Shown: one piece after another, positions 27,100-39,773 of the stretch | Position numbering within the stretch: position 1 is the stretch's first letter | Layout: every line of letters begins with the position of its first letter | Assembly (NCBI GenBank): GCA_951406725.2 | Contig: OX597820.1 | Span: 121,830,001-121,894,000 of the forward strand | Length of the DNA stretch: 64,000 nucleotides | Source: Octopus vulgaris | Taxonomy: Eukaryota | Reading direction: 5' to 3' | The notes under the pieces: generated by a model | Databases searched by the model: none | Told to the model about the DNA's origin: nothing | The model's input: the letters and a program-made list of their open reading frames with translations, nothing else | Position numbers and translations under genes: made by a program

Positions 27100-27697
27100 A
27101 GTAGTATTTTAGAGGGAGGGGTAAGTCATTTGCATCGAACCTCAGTGTTTGATAAATAGTTATTTTATCGACCCCGAAAGGATGACAGGCAAAGTCAACC
27201 TCAGCGAAATTTGAACTCAGAACGTAGAGGCGGGCGAAGTACGGCTAAGCATTTCGTCCTGCGTACTAACGATTCTTATTTCTTTATTACCCACAAGGAG
27301 CTAAACGCAGAGAGCACAAACAAGGACAGACAAAGGGATTAAGTCGATTACATCGGCCCCAGTGCGTAACTGGTACTTAATTTATCGACCCCGAAAGGAT
27401 GAAAGGCAAAGTCGACCTCGGCGGAATTTGAACTCAGAACGTAGCGGCAGACGAAATACCTATTCCTATTTCTTTACTACCAACAAGGGGCTAACACAGA
27501 AGAAACAAACAAGTACAGACAAACGGATTAAGTCGATTATATCGACCCCTGTGCGTAACTGGTACTTATTTAATCGACCCCGAAAGGATGAAAGGCAATG
27601 TCGACCTCGGCGGAATTTGAACTCAGAACGTAAAGGCAGACGAAATACGGCTACGCATTTCGCCCGGCGAGCTAACGTTTCTGCCAGCACGCCACCT
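27100..27697 (-). mobile_element. Tandem array of three SINE family B units
   Basis: Full unit 27697-27467, head-less unit 27460-27277, older unit 27276-~27100. Confidence 0.85.
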
Positions 27698-27706
27698 TAG
27701 AAGTAA

Positions 27707-27802
<96 letters not shown>

Positions 27803-27804
27803 TC

Positions 27805-27840
<36 letters not shown>

Positions 27841-28029
27841 ATAATAATACTGGTTTAAAACTTTAACATAAGGCTATCCATTTTCGGGGAAGGAGTTAAG
27901 TCGAGTTTAAATTGTACCGAGATCAGCTTTGCTTTTCATGCTTTTGAATTCGATAGAACAGGTAACGGCTGAATAGTGGGGTGGATGTAATTGTCCCTGC
28001 TCTGTAATTGCTGGCTTTTGTACCTGCCA

Positions 28030-28690
28030 AAATTTGAAACCACTATGTCGACATTGTGAAGTCAAAACTGTTGGCAAGTGTTATAAGCATCAATCTGAGT
28101 TTGCGACTGAGGAAGAAAATGTAATGTTTCTTTGTGATATTCCAGTATATCCAGACAGAACCATCAAAGCTAATAACACAGATATTGTTGTGAAAGACCA
28201 AAACAATAAAGTCTGTTCATTGATTGACAAGAGCAAACCCTGTGACCATAATATCTCGGCAAAAGAATTTGACAAGCTCAGAAAATATAAAGATTTTCTC
28301 ATTGAAATCGAAAAAATGTGGTATTTCAAGGCGGTTACAATACCAGTGATTATAGGATGACTTGGAATGATCAAAACAGAAACTAAAAATTATTTGAGAA
28401 TTATCTCCGGCTTACTATCATCCATGCTACAGGTACAAAATATTTCTTTTGTATCTAGAATGTCACAAGTATTGTGAACATTGTTACTGTGAGATCGATT
28501 ACAATCCATGTAAATAATTTATTTTTTACGTAACTTTATTTGATTATTGTAAATGAAAAATCTGGTAGGTTTATTTTAATGACAACTCAATGAATACAGA
28601 TGGTTTATTTGTACTCGGTGTCGGGAAGGCACTCGACAAGAAATGGAAACAAAACTGAAGGAGGAAGAAAATCTCACAATAACAAAAATA
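28030..28690 (+). mobile_element. 3' fragment of R4/Dong-type non-LTR retrotransposon (restriction-like endonuclease)
   Basis: FLCDIPVYPDRTIKANNTDIVVKD..LIDKSKPCDHNISAKEFDKLRKYKD..IEIEKMW..IPVIIG: PD-(D/E)xK RLE signature. Confidence 0.8.
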
Positions 28691-28989
28691 AGCAAAAACA
28701 AGTATGATTTTCAACGTTTTTTTTTTTTATATACGTTTCATGAAAACGCTGAAATAATTATATAAGGCTTGTAGGAACATTATGCAGTTATGCCTTTTCC
28801 ATTTTCCCTCATCAGTGCGTCCCTTCTTTGGTTACATATCGCACTTTCAGTATCTTGTTTTTGATATCTATCTATCTATCGTACTATCTATCTTTCTATC
28901 TACCTATATATATATATAGGGTATTAAATTTTTACAAATTTATTACCAGTAGCCTAGAAGTAACTCCCAAGAGGACATCATGCGGACGA

Positions 28990-29300
28990 ATGACCCGTTG
29001 AATTGGAAAGTGCGAGAGTAGAAGCGCAACAACGGCACCCATACATGTAACACACCATCCACAGATAACAATCTTGTAATGTAGTGAATCTGTTTTCCTT
29101 AGTTTTGCTATATCTACAAAATGTACATTGGAGAGACAGAAAATAAGATTGAGAAGATCGTATGTGGAGCGCTCTTGACTTTAAATCGGGTCGATTGCCA
29201 CTGCCCTGGATCTCAATAGCGGTAAGACATATTAGAATCATATCCAAGTTATGGCGGACAGTTCTCTTCCTTTCAGATCCTGTGTTGCAGCACTGCTTTG
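28990..29300 (+). mobile_element. Highly decayed PLE GIY-YIG remnant
   Basis: tacattggagagaca = YIGET, followed after a frameshift by RLRRSYVE; Cys remnant upstream. Confidence 0.4.
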
Positions 29301-29666
29301 AAACAGATTTGAAGCATCATCGTACGTTGCATGAAAGGAAACCTGTGCACTTTTGTTGTTGCAGACAAATGTTTAATATCCTACAATTGCCAAATTCAAC
29401 GAAACACTTCGCGGCATGCAAGTGTGCCGTGGCGCAGTGCTCACAACTTCTTCTTAAGACGACCGGTTTTCTTCTTCAAGTCTCACCGGGGATAACTATA
29501 AAGTATTAATGTCTAGTTTAAAAAAAAAATTCTATAAGGGATGCCCCTTAGAATGATCTCTTCTTCGGGGTCGAATCCAATCAGCAGCAATTCATTTGTT
29601 GAAATTTGATGAAGGAAACATTGCAACGGTAGTTTATTATATTTTCAATCAATCAATTGTTCGATT

Positions 29667-30198
29667 TTGTTGTATTTAGGAATGGTCATTTTGCCAGTTT
29701 AGCCAAGAAAAACACACGCACTATATATTTGGTGTTACTTTGCTTCAGTGTTATTTATTTTTTACATTAATCTTAATCTTATTTCGGCCAGAGTTCTTTC
29801 GTCACACTCCTGTGACCGCATCAGTGGTCTTTTGCTTTCTTCTTTCTTATTTGTGTGTCTCTCCTTACTAACCGTCAACCATTTTGTATTTCTATCGTGT
29901 CTTCATTTGCGCATGCGTATATCTCTATATGCGTCTATGTTTGGCTAGTGTGTATGTGGTGGGGGGGGATGCCTGTAATATTTGTATCTTCTGTTTATAT
30001 ACGTTCGTGTAATTTGTGCAATTTGTTTTTGTTTTTGTTTATTCTTATTTTGTTCATGTGTGACGAAAGAACTCTGGCCGAAATAAAATTAAGATTAATG
30101 TAAAAAATAAATAACACTGAAGCAAAGTAACACCAAATATATAGTACGTGTGTTTTTATTGGCTAAACTGGCAAAATGACCATTCCTAAATACAACAA
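29667..30198 (-). mobile_element. PLE-derived fold-back element: 141-bp inverted arms plus hammerhead-like motif
   Basis: 29667-29807 is the reverse complement of 30058-30198 (3 mismatches counted). Confidence 0.75.
29786..29829 (-). ncRNA. Minimal hammerhead-like motif (A9C variant)
   Basis: gacca-CTGATGC-g-gtcaca ggag tgtgac-GAAA-gaac-TC-tggcc. Confidence 0.55.
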
Positions 30199-30931
30199 TA
30201 TCTGTTTCAGCACACGATTTCACATCAAAAATCTTGCACAACAAATATATAAACGTAAAAAAAGTTGTTCGATTGATTAAACTGAACCATGAACGCGCCC
30301 AAAATGCATGTGCAACACAGCTGTAAGTCTGAAATGCATGATTAAATGTATAAAACCCATTATTAGAGCCAATGAGATTATACAAACACACGCGCGCGCG
30401 CGCAGAGTTACAAGTAAGCAAATATGTAGAGAGAATTTGTGATAGAAATAGTGGAATTAAAATTATCTACACTGTATATGTCTCTGTGGTTGTCTTCTGT
30501 CTGTCTGTGTGTCTGGCTGTTTATTTGTGTACACACACACACATACACATACACACATGTGCAAACAATCAAACGCACACATACGTGAATATGTCTATCT
30601 ATACAATAGATATCATTAATTGGATGTCTAGCAATATTTCTATAAAAACGTTCTCTGTGTAAAAATATCATTACTCTATGTAATGCCTATCTGTACAGCG
30701 AAGACTAGTTTTATAAATGCTTGTGCAGGAATGATGATATATGCAATATAGTATTTTTCATTCCATGTTTACATAGATTTGAATGGAGGTATGCATAGTT
30801 CCTAGAAACTAACTTACACATCTAATTATTATCTCTTAATGTATATTTAACACAGCAAGAACTCTGTCTAAGAATTTCGATACAATATACAGTTACTCAT
30901 GTAGTTAGTGACACACACACACACACACACA

Positions 30932-30990
<59 letters not shown>

Positions 30991-31421
30991 ACACACACAT
31001 ATAAATACAAGAATGGAAGTGTTTGCATTACATTCGTTCCTTTATTACGATCGTTTCAACAATACATAGTTCAGACACATCGTGAATATAAAGGATTTTT
31101 TAAACTTTACAACATATCACATGAGATTCATTACATGTAACTAATATATAATCTCGAGAATTTTCTTTAAGGAAAACTGTCCACCTCTGTAGGTTCTACT
31201 AGTCGAGATTTCCAGGAATGAAAATCGTTTTTTTTTAATCACCTTTAATCTGATACACACACGCACATACGCATACACACGCACACACACAAACACACAC
31301 ACATAGGTAGGCAGATAGATCGATCGATAGATAGATAGATCGATAGAAAAATAGATAGATAGATAGATAGATAGATAGATGGATAGATAGATAAATACAT
31401 ACATACATACATACATACATC

Positions 31422-31489
<68 letters not shown>

Positions 31490-31490
<1 letters not shown>

Positions 31491-31757
31491 CTTTCTTTAT
31501 TGGCCCCACAGCGCTGGACACAGAGGGGACAATTTACAAATGTAGAGCTTTTCTTTTCGGAGATGGAAAAGGAAAAAGAAGGAAAAAAAGGAAACAAATA
31601 TAAAATTTCGATCCAGAGGGATCGGAAGAAAAAAAAAGCGATCAAAAGGGATCGAGTATCACAGAAAAAATAAAAGTTCTTTTTTTTCAAAGTAATAAAC
31701 AAGATTAGGTTCATTCGTGAAAAGAAAAGCCTACAGAAAAGACCACGGTAACCTCAG
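31490..31757 (-). mobile_element. Probable 3' UTR of an L1/Tx1-like LINE abutting (GATA)n
   Basis: T-rich minus-strand UTR ending ttgtcccctctgtgtccagcgctgtggggccaataaagaaag, similar to the SINE B tail. Confidence 0.5.
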
Positions 31758-31843
31758 GCAGGGAGGAAATAAACGCATGAGAGCAAAGTGCTCTCTCTCT
31801 CTCTCTCTCTGTCTTTTACGATTTATAGGATTATGCTCAGATT

Positions 31844-31894
<51 letters not shown>

Positions 31895-32035
31895 TGATAA
31901 ATAGATTGATAGATAGGTTGATAGATAGGTTGATAGATAGATATTAAAACAGAAAGCTGCGAATGTTTGGAGGTATTATTTATTCCACATTACGTATGTT
32001 TCGTTACTACTAGGAGTAACATAGGTGTGCGTGTA

Positions 32036-32260
32036 GGGGAGCTGGCAGAAACGTTAGCTCACCGGGCGAAATGCGTAGCCGTATTTCGTTTGCCATTATG
32101 TTCTGAGTTCAAATTCCGCCGAGGTCGACTTTGCCTTTCATCCTTTCAGGGTCGATAAATTAAGTACCAGTTACGCACTGGGGTGGATGTAATTGACTTA
32201 ATCCGTTTGTCTGTCCTTATTTGTCCCCTCTGTTTTTAGCCCTTTGTGGATAGTAAAGAA
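32036..32260 (+). mobile_element. Full SINE family B with 15-bp TSD
   Basis: TSD ataggtgtgcgtgta at 32021-32035 and 32261-32275. Confidence 0.9.
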
Positions 32261-32362
32261 ATAGGTGTGCGTGTACGAAAATACGTAAATCAACTCTTCT
32301 CATTAATTCTTCCGACAGAAAATTAATATAATGCTAAAACGAAATGTCTTTTTTTCTTTTTT

Positions 32363-32530
32363 GCAGGCGTGGCTGTTTAGTATGAATTTTGCTTCCAAAC
32401 CAAGTGGTTCCGGTTTCAACTCCACAGCGTGACACCTTGCGCAAGTGTTTTCTATTATAGCCTTGGGCGAAGAACGTTTTGTGATTGGATTTAGAAGACG
32501 GAAACTGGAAGATACCCGTCGTGTGTGTGT
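32363..32530 (+). mobile_element. SINE family A 5' half (diverged)
   Basis: caggcgtggctgtttag..gacaccttgcgcaagtg..gacggaaactg.aga..cccgtcg. Confidence 0.7.
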
Positions 32531-32690
32531 GTTTTCTTGATGATCTCTGACAACTATATCCATCCTGTTGGCCTTAATTTCTCTATCTCGATGTATTGGC
32601 ATATCCATATAGTGTGGTTGCTTTCTCATTTTCTTTGACCTTTTCTGGCGTGTCGCTATACCATCTTTTTCTGTTGTTATTCCATAGTAG
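32531..32690 (-). mobile_element. R4/Dong-type RLE fragment
   Basis: DMPIHRDREIKANRMDIVVRDHQE. Confidence 0.65.
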
Positions 32691-33477
32691 TAGTAGTAGT
32701 AGTAGTAGTAGTTTAGTTTGTTTCTTAGGTGATATTTTCATTTTTTAATGTTTTGCGTTGTTTTGTGTATATATTTTGTTTTGGGTTTTTTTTTTCCATA
32801 AAACAATCATAAAATAAACAATAATTTTTAGCCGCCATTAACACGTCAAATACTTATATTTTTACAGAGAAAGTTCTTTTTTGTTTTTCTCGAATAAAAC
32901 ACATTTGTTGTAATCCGTCCATAATTTATCCTAGCTGATTCTTTACATTGTAAGATTTTGTGAAATATCGAGATTAATGTTGGATGGAATTTGAGGTCGT
33001 TAGAGAAATCTCTTCAGGAACATAACAGACTCCGTGGAGTGCAAGAAGGAGAGAACGTGTATGCACGACCTACTAAAAATAGCAACCAAATCACTTTAAA
33101 TTACCGCATCTTTGAAAAGCAAACGTTGAATAATGAAAGTTGTGACAGATTCGTAAACATCCCGGTCTGAAGCACTTCAAACACTGTGAACAAGAATAAC
33201 AAAGACACCAACAACAACAACATAACTTTCAGAAAATGCTACAAGACGACCAATGGCTTCGAGCCACGTTGACTTCTAACCCGGAAGCACCGTAAACTGC
33301 GAATTAGGAATGGCAACAGCCAAGTCTTATTCAGGTAACCCCCTATCATTTCCATCAAAAAGGGTACACTCACCATTATAACCCTCGGTAGACAATTATA
33401 CGGAAAGAAAATGTTATCCCAATTCTGCTAAATCAGCAGTGTTCAACTGAAACACTAAACGTATGTTTACAAGTACT

Positions 33478-33532
<55 letters not shown>

Positions 33533-33800
33533 GTGCGTGCGTGCTTATACGAATTCGTATATGTTATTGTTTTTGTTAATGTGTTAGTGAATGCGAATGC
33601 GTATATGAGTGTTGTTTCTACTGCAGAGTCGACAAGACAATTGATTTGGCGAAGTACAATATTAAGGGCCCTTTTTTCCCCTGTCGTTTTGTCCATTGTT
33701 ACTTAATTACATATTAGAAAGAAATTGGGCAGAATGGGACCCGAAACATTGACACCAGCTGCATGATTCGGTAAGGCATACACTTATACATATATACAGG

Positions 33801-33871
<71 letters not shown>

Positions 33872-33878
<7 letters not shown>

Positions 33879-34540
33879 AAACTCAACTTGTGTATCTGTG
33901 TGTGTGTCTTCTGTGTGTTTAACTTCCCGGCACATCTCCTCCTAGCCAACAAATCGTAGAACCACCAAAAATGGGTCACTTAAAGTTTAGGCGAATGAAA
34001 ATTGAACTACGCTATTTCTGTTCCGAAATTCATCTCGCAAGTGTAAAAATCGATAATATGTTTGTTTAGGCCTTATCCCATGCATTGAATAGTGAACTTT
34101 ACTCAGCCAGCTGTTTGACGTGAACTGTGTTCACCACGCGTGCAAGCATGCGTAAATTGCATGAAAAATAAAAAATAAAAATATAAAAACGAATCGCGGT
34201 AAACATTGTAGAAATTCGGCAAAGAAATGAATTTTCGGGATGTAGCCTGGAGGGATTTTTCGTATTAATTGTTTGGACTTTGTGAACACATACCAATTGT
34301 TTTCATAACATTTTTAACGCTTTGAATTAAATGCGATCATTTTGCATTGAGTCTGCAGTTTGAATCACTTTAACCAAATTTTAGCAGGCCGGATTTTTGA
34401 TCATCACGATACATCGCCAGCGACTCTCTGAAACTCTCCCTTGAAATCCCCATTGAGAAATCTATATATATAAAACTCAACTTGTGTGTCTGTGTGTGTA
34501 TCTGTGTGTGTGTCTGTGTGTGTGTCTGTGTGTTTAACTT
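33872..34540 (+). mobile_element. Two tandem non-autonomous Helitron-like 5' segments
   Basis: atatataaaactcaacttgtgt..tgtgtttaactt occurs at ~33872 and ~34460; the second begins TC. Confidence 0.55.
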
Positions 34541-34590
34541 TTGGATCTACCAAGTTTCATTATTAAGGATGGAAAGTAGTGAGTAGCAAA

Positions 34591-34979
34591 TCTCTATATA
34601 TAAAGCTGAAGTTGTCTGTGTGTGGCAGGTTTGGTAGCCTTCAACTAACACTATCTCCTTCGGGACCCTGCAGCGCAAGTTGACCAAAATTGAGAGTATG
34701 ATTGAAGAAGGCTTGCTCTTCATTCCGTAGAAGATAAAATTCGAATCGGACCTTGTTAACACCAAAAATTATTTACATCAAAAAGGTGCATTTTTTCTAT
34801 GAAAATCCCTATTTTTTACGATTTTTGACTGCTGTGTCACCATTTTTCGGTGTATTTCAACTGGAAAAATGTTCACTTGAAGAAAATAACAAGTTGCATA
34901 ATGCAAAATTTTTACTTTTCAAAAATTCCAATTCTAAAGGGTCGAAACAAACCCAAGCAACACCGGGTGATACTGCTAG
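34591..34979 (+). mobile_element. Complete non-autonomous Helitron
   Basis: A|TC start (tctctatatataaagc), 3' hairpin (acccaagcaacaccgggt) then CTAG|T; no TSD. Confidence 0.8.
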
Positions 34980-35162
34980 TATATATATATATATATAAAT
35001 ATACAGATATACGTATATAAATATATCTATACATATATATGTATGTATGAATATATATACATTTTAATTGCATATACACATTCATACACACAGAGAGGTG
35101 TATAGATAGATAGATATATACACACACATACATACACACACACTCACACACACACACATATG

Positions 35163-35197
<35 letters not shown>

Positions 35198-35485
35198 TTG
35201 TCTGTAGGTATACATGCATATATATGTATGCAGGGAATTCCAGTAGGTATAGATATATATGTTTCTGCGTATATGTGTAAATATGTGTGTGTGTGTGTGT
35301 GTGTGTGCATATGCTTGCTGTATCCTTACATCTTATTCCAGAAGGTGTTAAAAGAGAAAACTGGAGATAAAAAGGAACAGAGAAATGCACAATAACCTCT
35401 CCTTCTCCATTCTCCAGTATCCACGCACCGATGTGTGTATGCGGGAATGTGTTGATAGTCACACACGCCAAATAAAGAAAGGGAG

Positions 35486-35529
<44 letters not shown>

Positions 35530-36690
35530 GCTTATTATACAAAAGAAAGCACAAAAACATATTCGCCTGCTCTTTACATCACCAAAGAAAAACACTTTTT
35601 TTTTCTTCTTTTTTTAGCATCTATAACCTGCCGTGATCTGAATACTGAAAATGGCAGTTTCATACAAGTGAAAGTCTTTGGTTCGAGTGGAATCGGTACA
35701 TTATGATGATTATGAAGTTTTCATTGCGCCATTCTCCAACATTATCTCATTTGCGTAGTCTTTTCGCGTAGTTTTTCTTCAGCATTCTTCAGTTGATTGC
35801 TACAAATTTTTGTGGCAGTCTATGATTCCTACCAATTTCTTACTTGCTTTGCGTTTATCGATTTGTTATTGCAGACAGCTTTTCCAAGTTATTTTTATCT
35901 TCTGTTTTCTTTGGTTTGTTTTGGTTCCATTTTATTATATAGTTTTATACATTTTTCTATATATATTCTTTATTTGTTTTACGTTTTCATCTTGCTTATT
36001 TATGTCTTAGCAAGTTCGTTTTCTTTTACTTACCTTTTTTTCGTTTTCTTTAATCATTTTTAAATGTTTTTCTTTGGTGTGGCTGCTTTCATTCGTTTTC
36101 CTTTTAAAATTTTTCTGTCTTTCTCTCTCAACGTATTTTCTTTCTCCTGGTTTGAACTGTTGGATCGATAACGTGTGAGCGAGATTAGCATATGTATATG
36201 CATACATACATATAGCAATATGTGTATGTGTGCGTGAACGTATGTGTATGTATGCATGCCCACGTGCGTGCACACTCACACGTATATACATAAATATACG
36301 TATATATGCATTTATATATGTGTGTATACATGAGTGTGTATATATACGTATTATGTATGTAATATAAATATATATATGTATATATATATGTATATATATT
36401 TGTGTGTGTCTGTATGTGTGTGTGTGTGAATGCATGCATGTATGTTATAGTTAGACAATATTTATTGAAATTTTCAAATATAATCTATAGCTATTTAATG
36501 AACATACAGTCTTAGCCTGGCTGTAAAAAATAAAACACTGTGATACGCCACCTAGTTTGTCTCCGTGGGAATTAAAACGGGATCGATCGAACTAATTTCT
36601 ATTTTTTGTTGACTTCTATCACATAAAGTAGACAATTTTCTCTCCAGAGAGAAGCTTATTGCTATTTGTGGTCTAAAGACGAGCATTCAC

Positions 36691-36730
36691 AAATTCGCAA
36701 ATTCGCAAATTCGCAAATTCGCAAATTCGC
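36691..36730. repeat. (AAATTCGC)5 tandem repeat
   Basis: Seen directly. Confidence 0.9.
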
Positions 36731-38007
36731 ATGTACCAACAACGTTTAATTCTTTAATTATTTAATTCAGATTTTATTTAGGTTTCAGGTTACCCAGAAA
36801 CGTTCTACTAAACGCTGTAAATGTATTCACCTTTGCAGATCAAGCACTATTATGCACAATTATGCAAATTAGGCCAACCAGTTTGTGCTGGAAATTATTA
36901 TTTTTACAGCAAGACGGAAGAGTTCAGCGACCCATTCAGTAAGCAAGTTCTTTGTGAACCGAGTTTTTCTCATAGATCTCCATACAAGAGGAGTTCGAGA
37001 TGTCATAGATTGCTTTTGGACAATAAGAATAAAAAACAAGAAATGGTTTCAGTTTCAAGTCGCCGGTGAGATTTTTCTCTTAACCATGTTGCAAAATATA
37101 TTTTTCCCTTTTATGTCCTGCTCTCTTTCATTTACATCTATTTTTAAGTAAATATTTTTCAGGAAACACGCTTCTACACCAGTCCATATTGGTCGCCATT
37201 GAGAAGTAGATTTCCTGGATATTTATCTCTATTAATGAATACCTCTTCAGCAGCAAAGAAAATCCCGATGTTACCAGGGTATCATCGCTTATTTATTCCT
37301 CTATTAGTTGAATGCCATGGAGATTTGAAGGTCTTTTGAAACTATCTACGAAAATCGGCAAGCCTTTCAGAGACTTCAACATGAAGCCTGTTTTAACAAA
37401 TTAAATAAATTTCGCGCGATTTGCAAGACAACAGATTGAACGTTGAGCGTCGTTTTAATAACCCGCACATTCCATATTTTCACAGCGTGTCCATCATAGC
37501 TTGGAAATGCTCTGCTCATTTCGATTTTAGACGGACACAATTGTTTTCGCAGATTGATTCCCTGACGCTTTTTAAAGATGATAATAAAATTTCTTATGAT
37601 CCCGCAGCAACATCTCTCTCTTCTGCTCGCTTCTGCTATTTATAATTATTTGCTCGAGATCTGAGATTGTTTGACGCTGAGATGCCATGATAGGGTAACA
37701 ACTGTGCAGAATTAATACTGGTAAAATACTTACTGTATTAACTAGGAAATTGCTATACAAGGGCTACAATGTACCAGAAGCAAACAACCAAGAAAGTAAA
37801 ATCAAACCAGTTGAGATGGTTCATTTTGAATGTTATAAGAAATGAGGTAGAAACATATCCCAAGACACAAGAAACAAGATCGTGTATTTTCTTTTTTTGT
37901 CTTTGCTGCAACACAAAACATAAGGTGTTTCGTCCACAGTAAAAAATGATTTGGAAGTCTTGTATGCCCGTGTATATATATCTCTGTATGTGAGTACTTG
38001 ACTTATA

Positions 38008-38046
<39 letters not shown>

Positions 38047-38119
38047 TCGGGCTACATTTAACAGTTTTGCATAAAAGGAAAAGAAAATACAATATTCCAT
38101 CCAAGAAAATAAAAGTATT

Positions 38120-38908
38120 TTAAAAACTCGACCTAGATTAACTAGATCACTGCTGGGTGATAAGAGCTTACTCAGAGTATCTACCCTCACCTTTCACCCT
38201 GGCCTTCATGCGGCTCCGGAATCCGGTGCATGGTTTCCTCACTGCGTAACAGGATAGAACTTGGAACACCTCCTTCATCTTGATCCCCGTCATCACAGTT
38301 TTGGTGTTGCAGGCACAGCGGTTGATTCTTTTCGTAACCATGCTCCACACATAGTGATCCATTGGATCACAAGCAGGGGAATTACAAGAGGAGAAACTGG
38401 GGCGAGTAAGGTTGCAGGAATTCTCCGACAACCGCTTCTGGTTCTCTCCGGAAGTACGGCAAAGAGATGAATCCTGCTGCCACACATATGGTCTACATGC
38501 AGTAACGCCCCCCAGCCAAGGATTAACGATAGCCTCCAGATACTTAACATTGCTATCGTAATTGATTTTGAAGGCTATGTTCATTAATCGCTGTTTGAAA
38601 TTAATACTGCTGTGTCAAGGGGCAGTCAGAACGACTGTTATATCCCTTCCAGCTGGACACAGCTTCGTAGTCTCCATTATAGCTGTCCATGTAACATGTT
38701 TCAGCGATTATAATGTTCACAGAGCATTGAGCAGCAGTCATAATGTCGGCATCATGCTATAGGTAACTCTTTTCCAATATTTAGATGCCTTCGGTATTCC
38801 ATATCAGCTTAATTTTTTGTTCACTCCAATGCCGTTGACTGTCCACCAATACACAAAAATCTTCCTGAAAAAAATGGACAATATCGTCAAATTTAGTCCG
38901 AGCACCCT
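38120..38908 (-). mobile_element. Deleted Tc1/mariner element of maT (DD37D)-like type
   Basis: YVWQQDS..TS..Q..L.EN..NSPACDPMDHYVWS..F.SR..A..KGEGRYSE*; TIR-like agggtgctcggactaaatttgacg at the right end. Confidence 0.75.
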
Positions 38909-39471
38909 CTTTCCCTTTCTCTCCCTCTCTTTCTCTCTCTCTCTCACTATCTGTCTATTTATCTATCTATGTGTGTGTGTGTATGTGTGTGTGTGTGTGT
39001 GTGTGTGTATACGAATATTTATATATTTTTCGTAAGAGCTAAATATAGTATTACCAAAGACTTCTTACTTTCGAGTAACAAGCATTTACTCATCAACCAT
39101 AGGGTGTAGAAATCCATCCAATACAAAAGTCTTTCAGTGATTCACAGTAGTACGGTCCACTATATTAACTAAAGATAACTGCACGCACAAGACTAAATCT
39201 TTATAAAATATAAGAAGCGAATGTATATGAAGTAGAACTTGCTTTGGGAAGTCCAAATCTTAACAGTGTTCGTAAACTGTCTGTCGATATAAAAAATAAA
39301 TTTATTCACTGATATTCCAATGAATATTCATCCTACAGAAATATATAAAAGTGCAACGCAACAATATTTTTCAACAACGGACGTAGCTGTGTGGTAAGAA
39401 GCTTGTTTCCCGAACGAATTGTTCTGGGTTCAGTCCTACTGCGTGGCACCTTGAGCAAGCGCCTTCTGCCT

Positions 39472-39542
39472 GGGCATATGGCGTAGTGGTTAAGAGAACG
39501 GGCTGCTAACCCTAACATTCCGAGTTCAATTCCAGGCAGTGA

Positions 39543-39608
<66 letters not shown>

Positions 39609-39773
39609 CAACAACAACAACAACATCGAAAAATACCTTAGGAATGAGAACCCAGGTTCGAAATTTCCCGAAGACACCTGATGACGGCTGGAGAGTATAT
39701 CAGCCGAAACGTTGTGTTAACAACAAACAAGATGAGGACAAATATCCGTCAAATGTAAATAATGTAAATAATG
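39472..39773 (+). mobile_element. tRNA-headed SINE-like element containing a hammerhead ribozyme
   Basis: A-box tggcgtagtgg and B-box gagttcaattcc, (AAT)n(AAC)n linker, hammerhead, tandem aatgtaaat tail. Confidence 0.75.
39673..39718 (+). ncRNA. Minimal type I hammerhead ribozyme, canonical core
   Basis: gacac-CTGATGA-c-ggctg gagagtatat cagcc-GAAA-cg-TT-gtgtt. Confidence 0.8.

Noticed and set aside
36839-36945. Candidate exon (ctttgcag acceptor, gtaagc donor)
   Set aside because: No recognisable protein in any frame and no partner exons.
39472-39546. Functional tRNA gene (also the heads at 9290, 14546 and others)
   Set aside because: A/B boxes are present but acceptor-stem pairing is poor, and each continues into a SINE body.
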